Assembly (NCBI GenBank): GCA_037481835.1
Contig: JBBFKW010000009.1
Span: 32,001 to 96,000, forward strand
Direction: 5' to 3'
Source: Desulfosoma sp.
GTDB taxonomy: Bacteria > Desulfobacterota > Syntrophobacteria > Syntrophobacterales > DSM-9756
DNA length: 64,000 bases
In this document: piece by piece, positions 58,381-64,000 of the stretch
Numbering within the stretch: position 1 is the first letter of the stretch
Layout of the letters: each line of letters begins with the position of its first letter
The notes under the pieces: model-generated
Database searches by the model: none
What the model saw: only the letters and a program-made list of their open reading frames with translations
Told to the model about the DNA's origin: nothing
Made by a program: the position numbers and the translations under genes

Positions 58381-60264
58381 ATGATGCTCACAAAGGATGA
58401 GATACAGGCGCGCACCATCACCGAAGACGGCCGGGTTTTTCTCGAAAAGGCCGCCCGAGACGGCCTTGAAACGGTTTGGGACCGCTACGAAGCCCAAAAG
58501 CCGCAATGCGGCTTTTGCGAACTGGGGCTGAGTTGCCGCAATTGCTCCATGGGGCCGTGCCGGATCGACCCCTTCGGGGACGGGCCGCAGCGCGGCGTGT
58601 GCGGCGCCGATGGGGACATCATCGTAGCCCGGAATTTGGGGCGCATGATCGCCGCCGGATCGGCGTCCCATTCCGATCACGGCCGGGACCTGGTGGAAGT
58701 GCTCCGAAAAGTCGGTGAAGGCCGCGCTCCGGGATACACCATCCGCAGCCCGGAAAAGCTCAAGAAGGTGGCCGCGGAATTTGGGATCCCCTCCGACGGC
58801 AAGACGCCCGAAGCCCTGGCGGTGGAGCTGGCCCATGCCATGGAGGAGGAATTCGGCACCCGCAAGAAAGCCCTGACGTTTCTCGGCAGGCTCCCCGAAA
58901 AGCGGCGGGCCCTCTGGGAAAAACTGGGGATCACCCCCCGGGGCATCGATCGGGAAACGTCGGAAATGATGCACCGCACCCACATGGGTGTGGACAACGA
59001 CTGGCAAAGCCTGCTCTTGCACGGCTTGCGCAATGCCCTTTCCGACGGGTGGGGAGGATCCCTCATCGCCACGGAGGTTTCCGATATTCTGTTCGGCATC
59101 CCGCAGCCGGTTTCGTCCGAAGTCAACCTGGGCGTGTTGAAACCGGACCAGGTGAACATCATCCTTCACGGCCACAACCCCATCGTCTCTGAGATGATTT
59201 TCGAGGCGGCCCAGGATGGGGAACTCACGGCGCTGGCGTCTCAAAAGGGGGCGGCCGGCATCAACCTGGCCGGCCTGTGCTGCACGGGCAACGAACTCCT
59301 CATGCGCCGAGGCATTCCCATGGCGGGCAACCACCTCATGACGGAACTGGCCTTGAGCACCGGGCTTGTGGACATGATGCTCGTGGATTACCAGTGCATC
59401 ATGCCGGCCCTGGGAGAAATCGCCAGGTGTTACCACACGCTCATGGTCTCCACGAGCGACAAGGCCAAGTACCCGCACATGGTTCACCACGAGTTCCATC
59501 CGGAAACGGCCCGGGAAAAGGCTCGGGACCTGGTGCGGCAAGCGGTGGAAAATTTCACTCGGCGCATCCCCGCCAAGATCCTCACCCCGCCCAACACCCC
59601 GACGAAAATGATGGCCGGATTCAGTGTGGAAGCCATCCTGGCGGCTCTCGGCGGAAGCCCGACCCCGCTGATCGAGGCCATCAAATCCGGAGCGGTCCAG
59701 GGCGCCGTCGGGGTCGTGGGGTGCAACAACCCCAAAATCCGACACGACTTCGGCCATGTGACCCTGACCCGACGGCTGATCGAAAACGATATCCTCGTCG
59801 TGGACACGGGCTGCGCCGCCGTCGCCCATGCCAAAGCCGGCCTCAAGGTCCCCGAAGCCGCGGCTCAGGCGGGACCGGGCTTGCGGCAGGTGTGTGCGGC
59901 CCTGGGCATCCCGCCGGTCCTGCACATGGGCAGCTGTGTGGATAACGTGCGCATCCTGGACTTGGCCGCCGCCCTTGCCAACACCTTGGGGACGGACATT
60001 TCGGACCTTCCCTTGGCCGCCGCCGCCCCCGAATGGTACTCGGAAAAGGCCGTCTCGATCGCCTGTTACGCCGTGGCCTCCGGCGTGTTCACGGTGCTCG
60101 GCACCCCACCGCCCATTTTCGGCAGCCCCAAGATCGTCAAGCTCCTCACGGAAGATATCCGGGGCCTTCTGGGCGCCTCCTTCGCCGTGGAACCCGATCC
60201 GGAAAAAGCGGCGGGCCTCATCGTGGACCACATCCGCCAGAAGAGGAAAGCTCTCGGGCTTTGA
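58381..60264 (+). CDS. cooS: Anaerobic Ni-Fe carbon-monoxide dehydrogenase catalytic subunit
   Basis: CGFC...CRNCSMGPC...GVCG, SHSDH, HGHNP, GLCCTGNE, DYQC, GCNN, TGC, HMGSCVD, PEWYSEKA. Confidence 0.97.
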   Translation: MMLTKDEIQARTITEDGRVFLEKAARDGLETVWDRYEAQKPQCGFCELGLSCRNCSMGPCRIDPFGDGPQRGVCGADGDIIVARNLGRMIAAGSASHSDHGRDLVEVLRKVGEGRAPGYTIRSPEKLKKVAAEFGIPSDGKTPEALAVELAHAMEEEFGTRKKALTFLGRLPEKRRALWEKLGITPRGIDRETSEMMHRTHMGVDNDWQSLLLHGLRNALSDGWGGSLIATEVSDILFGIPQPVSSEVNLGVLKPDQVNIILHGHNPIVSEMIFEAAQDGELTALASQKGAAGINLAGLCCTGNELLMRRGIPMAGNHLMTELALSTGLVDMMLVDYQCIMPALGEIARCYHTLMVSTSDKAKYPHMVHHEFHPETAREKARDLVRQAVENFTRRIPAKILTPPNTPTKMMAGFSVEAILAALGGSPTPLIEAIKSGAVQGAVGVVGCNNPKIRHDFGHVTLTRRLIENDILVVDTGCAAVAHAKAGLKVPEAAAQAGPGLRQVCAALGIPPVLHMGSCVDNVRILDLAAALANTLGTDISDLPLAAAAPEWYSEKAVSIACYAVASGVFTVLGTPPPIFGSPKIVKLLTEDIRGLLGASFAVEPDPEKAAGLIVDHIRQKRKALGL

Positions 60265-60288
60265 AGAATTCCGCTGAGGGAGTCCGCT

Positions 60289-60834
60289 ATGGAACAAAGC
60301 GTGAAAGAAAGGGTGATGGTGCGACTGGAGCGGTGCGTCGGGTGCCGTTCGTGCGAAATGGCATGTCGGGTGGCTCATTCCCGAGGCGGCACCCTTTTGG
60401 CCGCCGTGTGTGAGGAACCCAGACCCTCACGGCGGATCTTCGTGGAACAGGCGGCGGACAGCCCGGTCCCTTTTCTCTGCCGCCATTGTGAAGATGCGCC
60501 GTGCGTGCGCTGCTGCCCCACGGGGGCCTTGGCCTTCGACGAAGACAGCCGCCTGGTAATCTACACGGGGCAGCGGTGTATCGGCTGCCATGCGTGCATC
60601 ATGGCCTGTCCATTCGGAGTCATCCAAACCGGTGGAGGCGACGGGTACGTGGTCAAGTGCGATCGATGTCCGGGACGGGATCTGCCGGCGTGCGTGGAAG
60701 CCTGCCCCACCCAGGCTTTGGTGTTGGAAGGCCGCTTCGTTTCCGATCGGCGCCGCCGCACTGCGGCCCGGTTCGTGGAGGCCGCCCGCGGGGCCCCGCA
60801 CGTGGAAGACATGCTCGCGTCAGGGAGCCCTTAG
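60289..60834 (+). CDS. cooF: CooF-like 4Fe-4S electron-transfer subunit
   Basis: CVGCRSCEMAC, CRHCEDAPCVRCCP, CIGCHACIMACP, KCDRC...PACVEACP. Confidence 0.9.
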   Translation: MEQSVKERVMVRLERCVGCRSCEMACRVAHSRGGTLLAAVCEEPRPSRRIFVEQAADSPVPFLCRHCEDAPCVRCCPTGALAFDEDSRLVIYTGQRCIGCHACIMACPFGVIQTGGGDGYVVKCDRCPGRDLPACVEACPTQALVLEGRFVSDRRRRTAARFVEAARGAPHVEDMLASGSP

Positions 60835-60839
60835 ACCCC

Positions 60840-62906
60840 ATGAACGCCGCGCCCCCCGTTCGCACCGTGTGCCCGTACTGCGCCGTCGGCTGCCACCTGG
60901 ACCTTCTCGTGGAAAACGGCCGGGTCGCCGGGTTGGAACACGCCGTGGATTCCCCCGTGAACGGCGGCCGTCTTTGCGCCAAAGGCCATGCAGCCTTGGA
61001 AATTGTCAACCACCCCGATCGGCTGCAGAACCCCCTGCAGCGGTCGGCTTCCGGATGGGTGCCCGTTTCGTGGGACCGCGCCTTGGATACGGCGGCGGAA
61101 CGAATCCGGAACATCCTGGCCGCCCATGGCCCTGAGGCTCTCGCTTTTTTGTCCACGGCCAAAGGGTCCAACGAGGAAAACTATCTGGTCCAAAAGCTCG
61201 CCCGAGCTCTCGGGTCCAACAATGTGGACCACTGCGCCCGACTGTGCCATGCCAGCACACTTACCGGCCTCGGGCCCATGCTCGGCATGGGGGCGGCGAC
61301 CAATGCGCTGTCGGATCTTCGCCAATCCGAGTGCCTCTTCTTTGTGGGATCTAACCTGGCCGAAAACCACCCCGTGGCCTTCCGATGGGTGCAGGAGGCC
61401 AAGGACAGAGGAGCGCGGATTCTCGTGGCCGATCCTCGGCGCACCCCCACCGCCTGGATCGCGGACCTTCACCTGCCGCTCAAACCCGGAACAGACCTCG
61501 CCCTTCTCGCCGGCATGCTCCATGTGATTTTTCAGGAAGGGCTTCAAGACGACGCCTTCATCGCCCGTAGGACTCGAGGCGTGGAGGCCCTGCGCGCTTC
61601 CGTTCAGCACACCGACCCGCTGTGGGCGGCGCGCATCACGGGCGTGCCCGCCCGCGACATCGTCCGGGCCGCACGCCTGTATGCCAAAGCCCGCCGAGCG
61701 TCGCTTATCTATTGCATGGGCGTGACCCAACATGTGCACGGCACCGAAACCGTCCGCGCCTGCGCCGATCTCGCTTTGGTCACGGGTCACATAGGCCGGG
61801 CGGGATCGGGCCTGTTTCCGGTGCGCGGTCAGGACAACGTCCAGGGGGCGTGCGACATGGGCGCTTTGAGCGGCCTGCTGCCCGGCTATCGGCCGGTAAC
61901 AGATCCGGACGCTCGCACTTTCTTCGAAAAAGCCTGGGGATTGCCCTCCGGAACCTTGGCCGCCGCCCCCGGCCTTACGGTGACCGAAATGGAACAGGCC
62001 GCGGGGCACAGGGTTCGCGGCCTCATCGCCATCGGGGAAAACCCCGTGGTGACCAGCCCGGATAGCCGAAGGACCAGGGAAAACCTGAAGCGCTTGGATT
62101 TCCTCCTGGTCGTGGACCTCTTTTTGACGGAAACGGCCGAACTGGCCCACTTGGTGCTCCCAGCCGCCGCCTGGGCGGAAAAAAGCGGTTCCCGGACCAA
62201 CACGGATCGACGCGTCCAATGGTCGCCGAAAGCCGTCGATCCTCCTGGGGAAGCCCGACCCGACTGGAAGATCATCACGGACCTGGCCCACCGACTGGGA
62301 TGGGACTCCTTTTTCCCGTACGGTTCTCCGGAAGACATTCTCGAAGAAATCCGCCGGGTGGTGCCCGCTTACGGGGGCATGAGCCCCCGGCGGCTTGCGA
62401 CGGCCGCCGAAGGCATTCCCTGGCCGTGTCCGGATGAGACCCATCCCGGCACGCCGGTTCTCCACGAACATCGTTTCGCCACGGAAGACGGCTTGGCCCG
62501 TCTTTACCCCATAGAGTTCCTGGAGGCGCCCGAGCTTCCCGACGCCGATTTTCCCTATTGCCTGACCACCGGCCGTGTGACCCTCCATTACAACAGCGGC
62601 GCCATGACCCGGCGCAGCCCCAGCCTGGCGTCCCGCTCCCCGTACCTTTTCGTGGAAATCCATCCGGAAGACGCCGCACGGGAAGGGCTCCACCATGGAG
62701 ACCGGGTGCGCGTCGTGACCCGCCGAGGCGCCCTGGAAGCGCAGGCGCACATCACCGGCAGCGTCAGCCGTGGTGTCGTCTTCGCGCCTTTTCACTTTCC
62801 CGAAACCAATGCCCTCACCCAGAACGTGCTCGATCCGTCCGCCAAAATCCCCGAATTTAAAACCGCGGCCTGCCGACTGGAAAAAGTGAAAGGGGCCGGA
62901 CCATGA
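60840..62906 (+). CDS. fdhF: Cytoplasmic formate dehydrogenase alpha subunit (Cys-ligated Mo/W-bisPGD)
   Basis: CPYCAVGC...LCAKG, DHCARLCH, MGVTQH, RGQDNVQG, LTTGR, PEFK; no Tat signal. Confidence 0.93.
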   Translation: MNAAPPVRTVCPYCAVGCHLDLLVENGRVAGLEHAVDSPVNGGRLCAKGHAALEIVNHPDRLQNPLQRSASGWVPVSWDRALDTAAERIRNILAAHGPEALAFLSTAKGSNEENYLVQKLARALGSNNVDHCARLCHASTLTGLGPMLGMGAATNALSDLRQSECLFFVGSNLAENHPVAFRWVQEAKDRGARILVADPRRTPTAWIADLHLPLKPGTDLALLAGMLHVIFQEGLQDDAFIARRTRGVEALRASVQHTDPLWAARITGVPARDIVRAARLYAKARRASLIYCMGVTQHVHGTETVRACADLALVTGHIGRAGSGLFPVRGQDNVQGACDMGALSGLLPGYRPVTDPDARTFFEKAWGLPSGTLAAAPGLTVTEMEQAAGHRVRGLIAIGENPVVTSPDSRRTRENLKRLDFLLVVDLFLTETAELAHLVLPAAAWAEKSGSRTNTDRRVQWSPKAVDPPGEARPDWKIITDLAHRLGWDSFFPYGSPEDILEEIRRVVPAYGGMSPRRLATAAEGIPWPCPDETHPGTPVLHEHRFATEDGLARLYPIEFLEAPELPDADFPYCLTTGRVTLHYNSGAMTRRSPSLASRSPYLFVEIHPEDAAREGLHHGDRVRVVTRRGALEAQAHITGSVSRGVVFAPFHFPETNALTQNVLDPSAKIPEFKTAACRLEKVKGAGP

Positions 62907-63442
62907 ACGCTTTTCTTCACGTGGACTTTCGGCGCTGCACGGGATGTTTCGCCTGCGAGGCGGCTTGCCGAACGGCCCATGGCGGCGCCTGCCGCGTTCA
63001 CCTGGCCTTCGCCGACGGGCTTCCCGTCCCTCTCATGTGCCGCCAGTGTGAAAACAGTCCCTGCGCCGCCGTGTGCCCGGAAGAGGCCCTGGTTTGGGAT
63101 AAAACCCATGGAGTGGTTCTCCTCGTCGAACGATGCACCCGATGCGGCCTGTGCGCCGTCGCCTGCCCTTTCGGGGTATTGAGCGTCGATCCTTTTGGTC
63201 GGCCGAACGTCGTCAAGTGCGACCTGTGCCTGGGTCGCCGCGCCGAAGGAAAACGCCCGGCCTGCGTGCTCACTTGCCCGACGGAGGCCATCACCGACGA
63301 ACCGGACCGTCCTCTGAAGCGCCGTCGCCTCGCCGGGTCGGTTCCGCCTATCGCCGCGCGTCCGTTTTCCGAGAGCCTCCCCGCTCCGATGGGAAAGGAA
63401 GGCGGGGTTCAGGGAGGCTTCAGGGGGAAAAATCCGCGATGA
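62903..63442 (+). CDS. HycB/HydN-like 4Fe-4S electron-transfer subunit
   Basis: CTGCFACEAAC, CRQCENSPCAAVCP, CTRCGLCAVACP, KCDLC...PACVLTCP; ATGA overlap with fdhF. Confidence 0.9.
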   Translation: MNAFLHVDFRRCTGCFACEAACRTAHGGACRVHLAFADGLPVPLMCRQCENSPCAAVCPEEALVWDKTHGVVLLVERCTRCGLCAVACPFGVLSVDPFGRPNVVKCDLCLGRRAEGKRPACVLTCPTEAITDEPDRPLKRRRLAGSVPPIAARPFSESLPAPMGKEGGVQGGFRGKNPR

Positions 63443-63897
63443 AAGAGACTCCAGCCGATCGACGGCTCATCATCGATTTGGAAAAATGCTTCGGGTGTTT
63501 TGCGTGCGCCGCTGCATGCCCGGAAAAGCACATCGCTTTTACGGACCATGAAGGGCTGCGGCGTTTTAGGGCTCCGAGCTTGTGTGGCGCGCAATGCGAC
63601 GCATGCCGAAAGGCCTGTCCCGTGGACGCCATCGTTTTGGAAGAGGTGGCTTCCGAAGAGCCACGACCAGCTCTGATCGAGCTCACATGGGGTCTTCCTT
63701 TGACGCGGTGCCGCACGTGCGGTGAGGCGTTCACCACGGAAAAGATCCGCCAAAGCCTCTCGGACAAACTGGCCGCGCTCCTGGGATCCGCGGACCTTGC
63801 CCTCGACCGGATCCCCCTGTGCCCTTCGTGCCGTCGCGACGATGAAGCCCAACGGATGCGATCCGCCACGCGAACCTTGCCCGATCCCCTGCCCTGA
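63439..63897 (+). CDS. 4Fe-4S protein with C-terminal CxxC...CxxC site
   Basis: CFGCFACAAACP, C..QCDACRKACP, CRTC...CPSC; ATGA overlap with the previous gene. Confidence 0.85.
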   Translation: MKETPADRRLIIDLEKCFGCFACAAACPEKHIAFTDHEGLRRFRAPSLCGAQCDACRKACPVDAIVLEEVASEEPRPALIELTWGLPLTRCRTCGEAFTTEKIRQSLSDKLAALLGSADLALDRIPLCPSCRRDDEAQRMRSATRTLPDPLP

Positions 63898-64000
63898 AGT
63901 TTTGAGTTTCGTTTTTTGCTGCCTCCGACACACGATCTCGGACACGCTCCCAGGAGCCTGTCCGAGAAGGGCTTTTCCCCTGAAAGGGGCAGGAAGGGCG

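Overview
A GC-rich, gene-dense bacterial chromosome segment. Gene content (Desulfovibrio-type lactate oxidation, CooS, aldehyde:ferredoxin oxidoreductase, selenocysteine machinery, deltaproteobacterial-type Zur box) suggests an anaerobic sulfate reducer of the Desulfobacterota; this is inferred, not shown. About 60 CDS are supported; I saw no rRNA, tRNA, CRISPR array, integrase or transposase. In order: panE (cut by the window edge); ECF sigma/anti-sigma cluster running into ferredoxin + AOR; thioesterase; patatin; HAD; a pair of family III CoA-transferases; a divergent D-/L-lactate utilisation cluster with TRAP transporter, LrgAB and a GntR regulator with two operators; a CoA-transferase; a mycothiol-like cluster (HAD, peptidase-S51/CysRS-anticodon-domain fusion, GNAT, MshA-like GT4, PIG-L deacetylase, MBL hydrolase); proS; a small selenoprotein hidden by an in-frame UGA; a 274-bp tandem duplication; a hybrid kinase; arginine-synthetase-like gene + carbamate kinase + ornithine cyclodeaminase; a selenium operon with Sec-containing selD, interrupted by znuACB-zur; a DAC-domain/TIM-barrel/CDP-alcohol transferase/nucleotidyltransferase run; and a cooS-cooF-fdhF-FeS-FeS operon. 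The best candidates for undescribed systems are (1) a possibly tRNA(Cys)-dependent low-molecular-weight thiol pathway lacking MshC/BshC and (2) a natural CO dehydrogenase-formate dehydrogenase complex built like HDCR. All calls come from reading motifs by eye; no searches were run.
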